NCBI RefSeq assembly: GCF_000372725.1 | Contig: NW_005201381.1 | Coordinates: 36,814 to 85,088, forward strand | From: Emiliania huxleyi CCMP1516 | Lineage: Eukaryota | Direction: 5' to 3' | DNA length: 48,275 nt | In this document: positions 13,762-24,165 of the stretch, one piece after another | Position numbering within the stretch: the first letter of the stretch is position 1 | Layout: each line of letters opens with the position of its first letter | Notes under the pieces: generated by a model | What the model was told of the DNA's origin: nothing | What the model saw: the letters and a program-made list of their open reading frames with translations, nothing else | The model's database searches: none | Program-made: the position numbers and the translations under genes

Positions 13762-14561
13762 ATGCTCGCGGCCGTCGCTGCGCTGTTGTCCTTCACCGCC
13801 CCGCTCGCGAGCCGGCCGGTCGCGCAGCGCGGCGCGGCAGTCAGCATGGGCGAGAAGGCGCGCGCGCAGCGCGCTGACCGTCGCCACTCTCGGTCTCGCC
13901 GTATTCCGCCGCCCTGCGTGCTCACCGCAGACGGCCGCGCTCTGCGCAGGTGCTCTCACTCGACAACATGGGCCTCTACAGTGGCAAGGCGGCGCAGGCG
14001 CGCGCTCCGTCCGCGCGCTCCTGCGCAGCCAGCCGGACACGAAACCGGAAGCACAGCTCTGACTGCTTCGTCCCGTCTGTGCCCGCAGAAGGCACCCGTG
14101 CGCGTGCTCACCCGCATCGAGGACCTGCGCGTGCTCACCAGCCTTGCCGAGGTGAGCTGCCGCCCGCGCTAGCCGGCTGCGTCGTGCGCGCAGCTCTGTC
14201 ACCGACTCGCGTCTCGCGGCGCCGTCCCTAGGCGGGCGTTCTCTCGGCCGCGGAGGAGGCGGGCGTCTTCTCCAAGCTGGAGAGCGCGGGCGCAATCAGC
14301 CAGGCCGAGAAGCTGCTGCCGCTCGCCGACAAGCTGCAGGTCCTTGCGCTCGCCGAGACCCTCATCAATGTGCCGGCCGGCCTGCTCACCGCCGCTGCCG
14401 TCGCGCTGCTCGCTGGCGAGGTCGGGCTGATTGCTGCGGTGCCAGACGACAGCGCGCCGCTGGTCGCCCTACAGCTGGTGTCGGGCGGCGTGGCCGGCTT
14501 GGGCGCTGTGGTGCTGCTGGCGTCGGGCGCCCTCTTCTCGGCGCTCCAGAGCACGGACTAG
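13762..14561 (+). CDS. DUF1118 (RIQ-like) thylakoid membrane protein, 4 exons
   Basis: Exons about 13762-13857, 13950-13988, 14089-14151 and 14232-14561 give a signal + transit peptide, then VLTRIEDLRVLTSLAE|AGVLSAAEEAG...VPDD...LQ...FSALQS with two TM helices, matching the DUF1118 pattern. Confidence 0.8.
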
Positions 14562-15184
14562 GTTTGCACTCAGGCGGGCACGCAGCTGGCACGCAGGTTG
14601 GAAAGCTCCGAGGGCTTCATCTCTCCCGCTCGGGCTCGGAGGCGGTCGTCGGACGGGTGTTGTGGGGGGTGCGCGTTCTCTGTGATGGGCAGCGCGAAAC
14701 GCATGGCGGCGTGGGTGGTGCAAGGGAATGTGCGCAAGCGAGCGGACGAGCCGACGAGCGCGCGGACGGCGCGTGCCTTTTCTCGCGGCGTCCGGGGCGT
14801 GACGCGTGTGCGGCTATAGCCCTATAGAGTTGGTGAGAAACACGTGTCCCGTCGCGTTACGGCTTACGCGTGCCCGAACTATGACTTTAGCATCGGCTAC
14901 TCTCGCCTCGTCTCGGTCCGAGAGCGCCGCATATTCGACTATCACTACGCCAAGCCTGTTCATGATTACAAGAGTATTCAAGTATTGTACTCAAAATACA
15001 CGTGCATCGTGAGTACTCAACTCATGAGTACCACCGCAGTTGAGTATTCATACTCATGAGTACGTCTGGCGCATGCGTGAGTACTTGTACTCAAGTCCAT
15101 GAATACTACTGGCCAGTCGGTCACGTCCCAAAACGCGCTCCCTGAGACTCGACCGACCGCTGCCTCTGCTCCAGCGCTTCGCAT

Positions 15185-17947
15185 ATGCCACCAAAGAGGA
15201 AGAAGGCCCAGCCTCGGCTAGAAGTGCAAAAATACAAGCTGCTTCGGCAGCCGATGAATCTTATCGGCACGCAGGTCAAGTTCCTCGGGTCGTTCTGGGA
15301 AGGGCGCATGACGGCCGAAGAGAAAGCTACGGAGTACCTGTGCACGGTGCTTGACTTTCAGATCGCTCACCGCATGCAGCCTGGCGCCCCGCCGACACAA
15401 GCCTTTCAGCTGCAGGAGATGGGCACCGACGGCACAGGATCGCTGGAGAGGAGCGACCTCGAAAGCACAAAGTTCTGGTGCGGTTATCCGACGCCATTCC
15501 TCGACTACTACTACAAAACGTTTCCGCAAGAAGAGGCTGATGCGCCTGCGCCTGCTCTGCCTGGCTCGGGAGGCAGCGGCGAGGCTCAGACCGCGATCGA
15601 CACGTCAGACAGCAATTCTGAATTCCCAAAACTGCGCATTGGGAAGGCAGAGGTGTTCCGGTACTGGACGATCAGATCTGACAAGCTCATCGAGATGGGT
15701 AAGCATGCTGGCCAGTACAGTGCTGAGTTTGAGTGCACGATCGAGCTGGAGGGCGGCGGGCTTTGCCCGTGCAAGCGCAACCTTACCCACCACTCCGGCA
15801 AGGGCGTCGCCAACTCGAACCTGATCGCCCACTTGCGGGCGATGGCGCCGAAGTGCGCGAACCACAAAGCCGCCCTGCAAAAGATTGAGGCGGAGAGCAA
15901 GAACTGCATCGAGGTTGATGGCGACATGGTCCAGATCCACAGCTTCTCGGAGGCCTTCGCACACCACGTCGACCTTGTGTGGTTGCGATGCATCGGCCTC
16001 GCCCACAAAATGACAAAGAAGCCAGAGTTCCGCGCGTACGTGCGGGGCTACGACCCTCGCGCCAGCTTCCCGCACATCTACACCCTTGACTGGATTGCAG
16101 AGGCTATTGATGCGCTGCAGGCAGAGGCGCGCAGGAACCGAATCGCACGCCTCAACAAGGAGTACAAGGGCGGCATGTGTGTCGGTGTGCAGCTCGACAT
16201 GTGGACCGACACCACGACGCACACCGCCTTTGCGTGCGCGACTATGACTTACGTTGACGAGCCGCGTAAGGACGAGGGGCAGCAGCTCTGGCTACGCAGC
16301 GAGATCATCGACTTTGGAATCTTCCCGAGTAACTCGAAGACGGGCGAGGCCATCAAGAGCTGGTTCGTCAACGTGCTCCTCGCCAACAAGCTGCCGCACA
16401 ACATGATTGCTGGCATCACTCCGGACGGCGCCGCGGATGGTCAGTGCGGCTTGGCCATGATTCCAGACCTTGGGGAGAAGGTGGACACGTGCCTTCTGCA
16501 TGTGCTGCAGCGTGCCGTGCTCAACGCCATTGGGCTCGCAAGCGCGACCTCAAAGAATCCCGAGATGAAGGACCTGCTGCGCAAGCACAACCGCGCAGTC
16601 ACGCTCACGCGGCAGAGCCTCGCCACCGGCAAGATGATCGCCGACGCGCAGCGCTCAGCGAGTGTGCCCGAGCACAAGCTGCTCACACTCGTGCGCACTG
16701 CCCAAACTCGGTGGGGCAACCAGTACTCACAGGTGTCGACCGACAACATGCTGCGCCTCGCCATCGACCCCGCCGTGCACAAGTTCAAGCAGGACAACCG
16801 CGGCAACAAGGAGGCGATTGTTGAGGCCGACGAGACGGAGCAAGGCAACAGGGCTGGTCGCGCAGTGCCGGCAGCAGAGCTAGGCCTCGACGACGAAGAC
16901 TGGGACGCGAGCCAGGAGACGGAGGCCGTACTCTCCTACCCCTTCGACATCAAGGAGACCATCGAGCGCGTGCCGTTCTGCACGGGAGCCCAGAGCATGG
17001 CGCTCTTGTACGACCTCAAGCAAAACTTCTGCGACCCCGCTGCGGATCTCGCTGTGAAGCCCTTCCCAGCGACGCTGAGCGTCGCAGACCGCGACTACCG
17101 CAACAGCAAGACTAACCTCATCACGCGGGACTCGGCAGACTTGAGCGAGGGTGTGCTGAAGGCGCGCGAGGTGATGCAGGACGAGCTAAACTCCCGCCTC
17201 TTTCACGGCCAGGACCACCTGCGGCCATCCAACGCGCGCCTCGTCCAGGCTTACATGTCCAAGCAGATGCCTGTGGCTGACTACCTCCCCGATAGCTGGG
17301 TCCGTCAAGGCAAGACACTGTACCTGCAGGGGCTGCGCGCTGCCGTCGCCATCGCCAACGTGGCGACGCGGGTGTCTCCTCCGCGTCTTGCCAAAAAGCC
17401 AAAGATATCGCAGGGACTGTTCCGCGGGGCTGCGCTGGCAAAGACCGTTGACTCGGAGGCTCCGCCCCGCAGCGCCAACGACGGTACCCCAGACGACTTT
17501 GACCCAGTCACGGACGAGGTCGCACGGTGGGCCGGGATGGGCGTCGAGGAGTACGAAAAGTTCACCACGGAGGATGGGCTGCTCAACGAGTTCGCCATGA
17601 TGTGGGCGCTGCGCAACAAGTTCCCGCTGCACTACGTTCTCTTCAAGCAGACTGCGTGCCACCTGCCGCACGAGGCCAACGTCGAGCAGATCTTCTCTCG
17701 CGCTGGGCTGCTGGCAGACCCCAACCTCAACCCGGCCCACCTCGCTGTGCTGGTCAGGATTGGCTTCAACAAGAAGGCCTTCGAGCCGGCAGTGGCAGCG
17801 ATCAAGGAGAAGTACTACGAGCTGTTCCGAGGCAAAGGGGGCGAGCACAAGGAGGGCTCCTCGGGCGCGGCCGGTGCGGCATCTTCATCGGCGGCCGGGG
17901 CGGCCGGGGCGGCTTCGTCGTCGGATGCCGCCGACGTGGCATCGTGA
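15185..17947 (+). CDS. hAT transposase (920 aa)
   Basis: NLS PPKRKK; BED-like finger (C..C..NLIAHL..H); catalytic motifs LDMWT, TPDGA, CLLH, TRWGN and EANVEQIFS; uninterrupted ORF. Confidence 0.93.
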   Translation: MPPKRKKAQPRLEVQKYKLLRQPMNLIGTQVKFLGSFWEGRMTAEEKATEYLCTVLDFQIAHRMQPGAPPTQAFQLQEMGTDGTGSLERSDLESTKFWCGYPTPFLDYYYKTFPQEEADAPAPALPGSGGSGEAQTAIDTSDSNSEFPKLRIGKAEVFRYWTIRSDKLIEMGKHAGQYSAEFECTIELEGGGLCPCKRNLTHHSGKGVANSNLIAHLRAMAPKCANHKAALQKIEAESKNCIEVDGDMVQIHSFSEAFAHHVDLVWLRCIGLAHKMTKKPEFRAYVRGYDPRASFPHIYTLDWIAEAIDALQAEARRNRIARLNKEYKGGMCVGVQLDMWTDTTTHTAFACATMTYVDEPRKDEGQQLWLRSEIIDFGIFPSNSKTGEAIKSWFVNVLLANKLPHNMIAGITPDGAADGQCGLAMIPDLGEKVDTCLLHVLQRAVLNAIGLASATSKNPEMKDLLRKHNRAVTLTRQSLATGKMIADAQRSASVPEHKLLTLVRTAQTRWGNQYSQVSTDNMLRLAIDPAVHKFKQDNRGNKEAIVEADETEQGNRAGRAVPAAELGLDDEDWDASQETEAVLSYPFDIKETIERVPFCTGAQSMALLYDLKQNFCDPAADLAVKPFPATLSVADRDYRNSKTNLITRDSADLSEGVLKAREVMQDELNSRLFHGQDHLRPSNARLVQAYMSKQMPVADYLPDSWVRQGKTLYLQGLRAAVAIANVATRVSPPRLAKKPKISQGLFRGAALAKTVDSEAPPRSANDGTPDDFDPVTDEVARWAGMGVEEYEKFTTEDGLLNEFAMMWALRNKFPLHYVLFKQTACHLPHEANVEQIFSRAGLLADPNLNPAHLAVLVRIGFNKKAFEPAVAAIKEKYYELFRGKGGEHKEGSSGAAGAASSSAAGAAGAASSSDAADVAS

Positions 17948-18099
17948 ATATCTAGCCGCGGTGCCCTGTATTGTCTGTGGCTCCGTTTGTGTGTTTTATT
18001 TTTGGTCATTATTCTCTTCACAGCGCACGCGAAACGATAGCCCGGTCATGAACAACGACAAATCCTCTATCGAGCCACGCCACTAGCACTACTGGCTAA

Positions 18100-18495
18100 C
18101 TAATCCTCAATGCCCTCTTCAAACTCAGCAATCGCAGCCTTCACAGCCTCATCCTCCGCCTTTCGGTACTTCTTCACTGCGCCGTTCAGCTGCGCCTTGC
18201 CGCAGTTCTCGTACAGCTCCTCAAGCTCAACCCAGCGTGTATCGGCAAAGCCTGCGTCATGCTGGTCCTCTTTGAACGTGCCGCGCGTGAGGTAGCAAAT
18301 GGTGTTGTCGGCAGCAGCCAGCCTGTTGCGCCGCTTCTTTCCGATCAGTTGATCGGGGTCGCAAAAGCGCATGCCGAGCACCGCCTCAATCTTGTAGCAG
18401 AATGTCGGCACGACCGCGTCGTCCGCACCGCCACCTGCCAGCCGCGCCTAGCGCTGCGCCGATGCTGCCTTTTGGCACTTGTAGCGAGCACACAT
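18100..18495 (-). CDS. Small accessory protein of the hAT element, chromodomain-like
   Basis: Coding-like ORF IEAVLGMR...ICYLTRG...DTRWVELEELYENC...KKY plus an acidic helix. Plausible exon 1 18495-18469 (MCARYKCQK) joined by a GC-AG intron to exon 2 18390-18100. Confidence 0.55.
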
Positions 18496-19403
18496 GGTGC
18501 GGTGCGCGTACTTGAGCAGGCGGTGTGCGCCGCAGTTGGCGCAGTGGCCCTGCGAGTAGGGCGTGCGCGGCATGTGGACGCGCGCTCGGGTATTTCTCGG
18601 GTATACCTGGACTTTTGCGGGTATACCCGGGTTTTACCTGCAAGTTGCTCACGCACTTGTATTTGAATACATTATTCATATTCATGAGTACAGGCAGACG
18701 TGACTATTCATATTCATGGATACCAGACGTCATGACTACTCATACTCAACAATACAAGCTGCCAAAGGATGAGTTGAGTTACTCATTGTAATCTTGAATA
18801 GGCTTGCACTACGCGTTTCACTCTACATCCATCATCCTCTACACCCTCCCTCAGTCCCTAATCTCAATGTGTGTGTGTGTGTCGGGCGGGGCCCACGGTA
18901 GCCTCGTGCAGTACGCGATACCGAGAGCTGGGGGAGAGGCGCGCCACGCCAAGGGGGACGAGTGACGGGAGGGGGAGAGTAGTGTCTTTCGCAGGGTAAA
19001 ACGCATTTTTTTTTTCACTGCCTGACAGTGACACTGGGAGTGCCGAGTGGTCCGCCCTCGCAATGAATGCGGAACACAGTATACTAATTTTACTATTACG
19101 AAAAGTACAACTAGTGCGACACGCGCTACGGCTCTAGTCCCTCTCGCCGGAGCTCCGCTCACGTAACGGCGCCAATAGCGCGGACACACAACACGCGCAG
19201 CTCTATATAAATTTAGCTGCGCAGATACAGATCCCGACTGTTCACAGTGGGGATGAGAGAGAGTCGTCTCTAATGTTAGCTCGTCGTTACTAGGAAGCCT
19301 CAGCATGTCATGAAACGCCATGCCAAAAGCAGCGCACTCCTGAAAGTGGGGAGCGCGTCCAACCCTTGCCGCTTGAGCCGAACTGCAAAGTTGCTCGCCA
19401 CCT

Positions 19404-22400
19404 CTACACCTGCTCCACCTCTGGCACCTGCTCCAGCTGCGAATCCTCCTCGGTAACGACTGGGTCGGACGTCGTCGAGCCGCGAGGCGCGGTAGTGAAG
19501 CGCCCGATATTCGAAAGCGAGTCGCGGATGCTCGAGCGAACGCTCACCGGGGTTGCGCCCAGAGCCTTGGCCAGCAGCACGAGCGACACCTGTGAGACCG
19601 GGGGTGCAAGATCAGTCGCTTCAGGAGGCGGGTGCTGTGGCAAAGTTGCCGCCGGGGGAGCGCACCTCATGGTGCAGGCCGGGGAAGCAGGCAATGGCGA
19701 GGGCGTTGTAGAGCCCGGCGTTGATGAGCTCCTGCGGCGGCGGGGAACGGGGCATGGAGCGGGCCGGGACATAAAAGATCGACCGCTGATCGGCAGCGTT
19801 CCTGCGGCGTGGTCTCAAAAAACTTGGCGAACTCACAGCCGCCGCGGTCGAGGTCGTTCTCGTGCGCCATGACGATCTTCAGCCTGTCCTGGCGCGCCTG
19901 CTTGACCTGCTCGGCCAGCCGCTCGTCGGACCAGGTGTCGGCGTTCAGATAGAGAAGCATGTGCGTGGCGTCGCCCGCCTCCTCGGCGGTGGAGACGGTG
20001 AGACCGGAGAAATTGGTGGCGAGCTCGGTGGCCAGCTCGTCTGCGCCCTCATCGAACGGCGAGGCCCAGAGCACGACGGACTTGGAGAAGGAGATCGGCT
20101 GGCCCTGGACCTCGCCCGGGATGAAGAGCGGGAGGGAGGTCAGGTTCAGGTAGTGTGGCGAGCAGAGGAGGAGCGCCTGAGGGTAGGTGCGAGGGGGCGG
20201 CGGTCAAGGTCGAGGCGACGGCAGAACAGCTGCAGGGAGTTGTCCGTGGCGGCACCTCGGAGATGATCTTAAGCGAGACACGCTGATACTCGTCGATGCG
20301 GTGCCACGTCGTCTGCGCCCACCCACTGTCAAAGATCTCCGGCTGGAGGACCTCCGGGCACTGTGCTCGCAACTCCTGCAGTCGTGCAGCGACGGTGTGC
20401 GTGAGTGAGTGCTGGCGTGCGGCGGCGGCGGCGACACCGCCCCTCAGAGCCGTGTGTGGCGAGAGCAATCCCCGCAGCGAGCAGGGGTCGGGCGGGGAGC
20501 GCCTGCAGCGTCCCGCCGCCCTTGGCCGGGTCCGCCTCTTGCACGAGGACGAGCGACTTGCTCTTCTCGAGCGACGTCTGAATCTCGCGCAGGCAGTTCT
20601 GCAGGCAAGGAGCGCACGAGTAGTCGTGGGCGACACAGCGAGGCACTCTCGGAAAGGGAGGGGCTGGGGGAGTGCCTTCGAGCGGAAGTAGCCCTTCGAC
20701 AGGAAGAAGAGCATGACCTGCGTGCGGTCAACGTAATCCTCCAGCGACCCGATGTCCTTCAAATCATCCACATCGAGGAAGATCTTGATGCCGGGGATCA
20801 AGAGCTTAAGCTCATTCTTGATGACCGCGACGGCGTCTTGGCCGGTGGACCTATTCGGGGAGTGGCGGGTCGTTCTGGCGGGTTCTCCTACGCCGCGTCT
20901 CCCTCTGACCACAGGACTGACCAGATGTGCGAGAGGAAGAGGTGCCACGTGAGGCCTTCCACCAGAGCCAGCTCGGGGGGCTGCTTGGTTGAGACGAGGC
21001 GAATCGTGGGGACCTTGGCAAGGCGGCGGATGGCGATGATGGTACCCACGAGGAAGATCAGGAGCGCAGCCGCAGTAAGGACGAGCATCCAGTTCACCAG
21101 TCCATTCTCAGACCTGAAGCCGAGGACGGCGGAGGCCGACTGCCCCGGCTCGCCCCCGGGGAATCGCAACTCGATGTTGAGGAAGATGGTGGTCCAGCTG
21201 GCACCGAGGAAGAGGAGGAGGAGGACGAGGCTGGTGGCCTGCAGTGCGAGCCGCGTGCGTTGGGCTCAGAGTAAATTGCAGTGGGAAGGGCGTGTGTGGG
21301 GTGGGTGATGGACTGGCCACGGCGATCCAAGCGTGTGCTGAGAGCTGCAGCACAAGCAAGCGCAAAGGGCGCGTGGGATGGGCGAAGGGCGCACCACGGC
21401 GAGGATGTTGTCCCCGAACCGCTTGTAGGGCTGGACCAGGGCGATCGCGACGGCGTAGCACGAACACACGAGCACCGCCACGACGAGTCGAACAAAGGAG
21501 TCCTCCTCCTCGGCAACCAGCAGCACGAAGCCCGTCAGAAAGAGCTTGCGGGCCAGATCGGCCGCCTCCCACCAGTACCAGTTCATTTTGTACTCCCGGT
21601 GAAGGAAGGCGGTGGCCTTCGTCAGCGCGTTCGGCGACTTGGCCTGCAGCGGCTTGTAGCATGCGAGAAGAAGGGCCGAGTAGAGGACTAGCGAGCCGAC
21701 CGGCCAGAGGACGACGAAGCCAGTGGCGAGTCTCGTGATGGAGTCGTGCTCGTCGGTGCCGCACTCGACGCTCGCGTCCTGCCGCATGTACTCGACCAGA
21801 GCGAGCGTCTCGCCCGGCGCAGAGGTGGTGTAGCCCTGCGCACGCACATCGACACAAGCTAAGGGGGTTGGGGGGGGGGGGGGGTGCTTGTTTGTTTGTG
21901 GCTAGCACCTGGCACGACCACGCGCGCAAGATTGTGGCGCTCACAGACGGCACGAAGAGAAAGATGAGCACGAGACCCGCCGGCGTGAGGTCGAGGAGGC
22001 CGAGCGCCACCTCTGCAGGCCATGAAAAGACCGCCGCATCGTCAGTTTCGGCCAGCGCCGTCGGTGGCTCCGCAGTTGAAGACGATGGTGGCTCCTGGTC
22101 CTGCAGCTGTGCTTCGCCAGCACCGAGAACGTTGCTTGTCGCGCCGTCGACCTCGGAGCCGCTCTCGCAGCCAGCCCCTCGCCGAGCACGCCGCCAGCGA
22201 GCACAGAGCCGCAAGACAATGCCAGCAAAGAGGAGCAGTGCGATGACGCCGATGGGAGAGATCGCGACGGCGATGAGCCGGGACTTGTGCGGCAGGCACT
22301 GCACCGGCAGCACGACGCCCGACCAGTCGATGAAGACGGCTTCGGCCAGCGCCTCCGTCCAGCCCGTGTACCGTTCCGGCAGCCGCGCCGAGTAGGTGGT

Positions 22401-23530
22401 GGAGAGGACGAGGCAGACCTGGTAGAAGCCAAACAAGATCTTGAACTTGGGGATGAGGCCGATTTTGTAAATCGCGTCGCCGGTGCGGTCGGCGATGCGC
22501 AAGGGAAGCCCGATGAAGCGCTCCTTCCTCCATTTGGTTTGCCCGCGCTGAATTGAGTACGCCAACGCCACGAGGCCAAACGCGACGCAGAGGCCGAGGG
22601 CGATGGCCGCCATGTGCCCCGCCGCCGTGCCGACAGCGACGCACTTGTTGCAGGCAGCGCCGTCGGCGTCCATCCGCGCTCCCAAACAGGACCTGGTTCT
22701 CTTGGTTCCCAAACAGGTTGTAGTTGCCGACCACGATGTCCATGTACCCGTCCCCGTCGACGTCCGCCACCGAGGTGGAGCGAGTCCTCCTGCTCCCTCC
22801 AGGAAGGGTGACCTCGGAGAAGTTCCTCCCGTCCGCGCTCCCAAAGAGGACCTGGTTCTCTTGGACGGAGTTGCCGAGCACGATGTCCATGTACCCGTCC
22901 CCGTCGACGTCCGCGACAGAGGTTGAGGTAGTAACCCTGTCCCCGCCAGGAAGGGCGAACTCGGAGAAGTTCCTCCCGTCCGCGCTCCCAAAGAGGATCT
23001 GGTTCTCTTGGTACTCGTTGCCGACCACGATGTCCATGAACCCGTCCCCGTCGACGTCCGCCACCGAGGTTGAGGTAGTATCCCTGTCCCCGCCAGGAAG
23101 GGCGAACTCGGAGAAGTTCCTCCCGTCCGCGCTCCCAAAGAGGACCTGGTTCTCTTGGTTGTAGTTGCCGACCACGATGTCCATGTACCCGTCCCCGTCA
23201 ACGTCCGCCACAGAGGTGGAGCGAGTCCTCCTGCTCCCTCCAGGAAGGGCGAACTCTGCCAAGTAATCGGCCACATCGCCCATCAGCTCTAGCGAGCCGT
23301 TCCACGCTGCCAGTGGCGGCAGGACCGTCGTTGGCACACCGATGCACCCAAACCGGTCAGGGGCGGAGCAGTCTGGCACTGGCGGGTATGCAAAACTGCC
23401 GTTGGGGCGGACGGCCGGCAGCGGGAAGCGGCGGCGGCCGTCTGCGGATGGGGTTTGGTCGAGGAAGAGTGGTGGTGGGGACGGCGGCGGCGGCGGCGGC
23501 GGCGGCGGCGATGGCGGCGGAGATGGCGGC

Positions 23531-23561
<31 letters not shown>

Positions 23562-24087
23562 GCGGCGGCGACGGCGGCGGCGGCGGCGGTGACGGCGACG
23601 ACGGCGGCGAGTAAGAAGTGGAGCACGAGTCGCCGAGGCGAGCTCCACAGCCGTAGCCGTTGCTGTAGGAACCGTCCGGGGCGTAGCACCACTTGTCGTG
23701 GCACCTTGGATAAGCAGACGGGCACGTGCAGGAAGAGCGAGGAGTGACGCTTGACCTGGCATCCGGTTCTGTGGGAGTGGCAACCGCTTTGCTGACGAGC
23801 AGCGCTGCGGCGCCCATGCGGACGACGGCGATCGCCTTCTTGCGCGAGACGAGCAGGATGGAGGTCCCAGCGCCGAGGCCAGTCTCAACAAACCTCCGCA
23901 CCCTGTTCCCAGCGTCGGCGGGCCGCAACTCGGGCGGCGTGTCGTTCACGGGCAGGACGGTGTCGCACCCCCGAGCGATGATCCCCGTCCTGTTGCTGTA
24001 GACGGGACCGACAGAGTCGACCTCGGGCTCGCCCTTGCGCTCCGTGCTGTTGCGCGAGGCGAGGACGGTCTCCAAGTCGGCCTCGCC
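19404..24087 (-). CDS. Receptor-like protein: Cys-rich/Pro-Ser linker + 4 FG-GAP repeats + ~9 TM segments + two TIR(-like) domains; out-of-frame junction near 22670 (possible pseudogene)
   Basis: FG-GAP VADVDGDGYMDIVVGN x4. TM region with KFKILFGFYQV, FLHREY..WYWWEAADLARKL, QPYK..DN. TIR WHLFLSHIW|STGQD...IFLDVDDL...LFFLSKGYFRSK|NCLREI. Second domain THMLLYLN..TW...IVMAHE...GGCEF..FF. 3' exons: 21835-21395, 21238-20922, 20850-20676, 20598-20503, 20375-20256, 20176-19802, 19731-19666, 19589-19404. Confidence 0.8.
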
Positions 24088-24165
24088 CTACACGCAAACA
24101 CACAGGCAATCCGTCAGCGGGTGACAAGGCTCCCTCGCACACAGAAACAGGCAGAGGGGCGCTCA

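Larger units (their letters stand above)
14951..18806 (+). mobile_element. Complete autonomous hAT DNA transposon (3856 bp)
   Basis: 8-bp TSD CACTACGC at 14943-14950 and 18807-18814. 21-bp TIRs CAAGCCTGTTCATGATTACAA vs CAAGCCTATTCAAGATTACAA (2 mismatches). Subterminal GAGTA/TACTC repeats at both ends. Confidence 0.95.

Noticed and set aside
12485..13925. Several long overlapping ORFs on both strands
   Set aside because: Stop-free GGC/GAC repeats open all frames; there is no domain or supported start.
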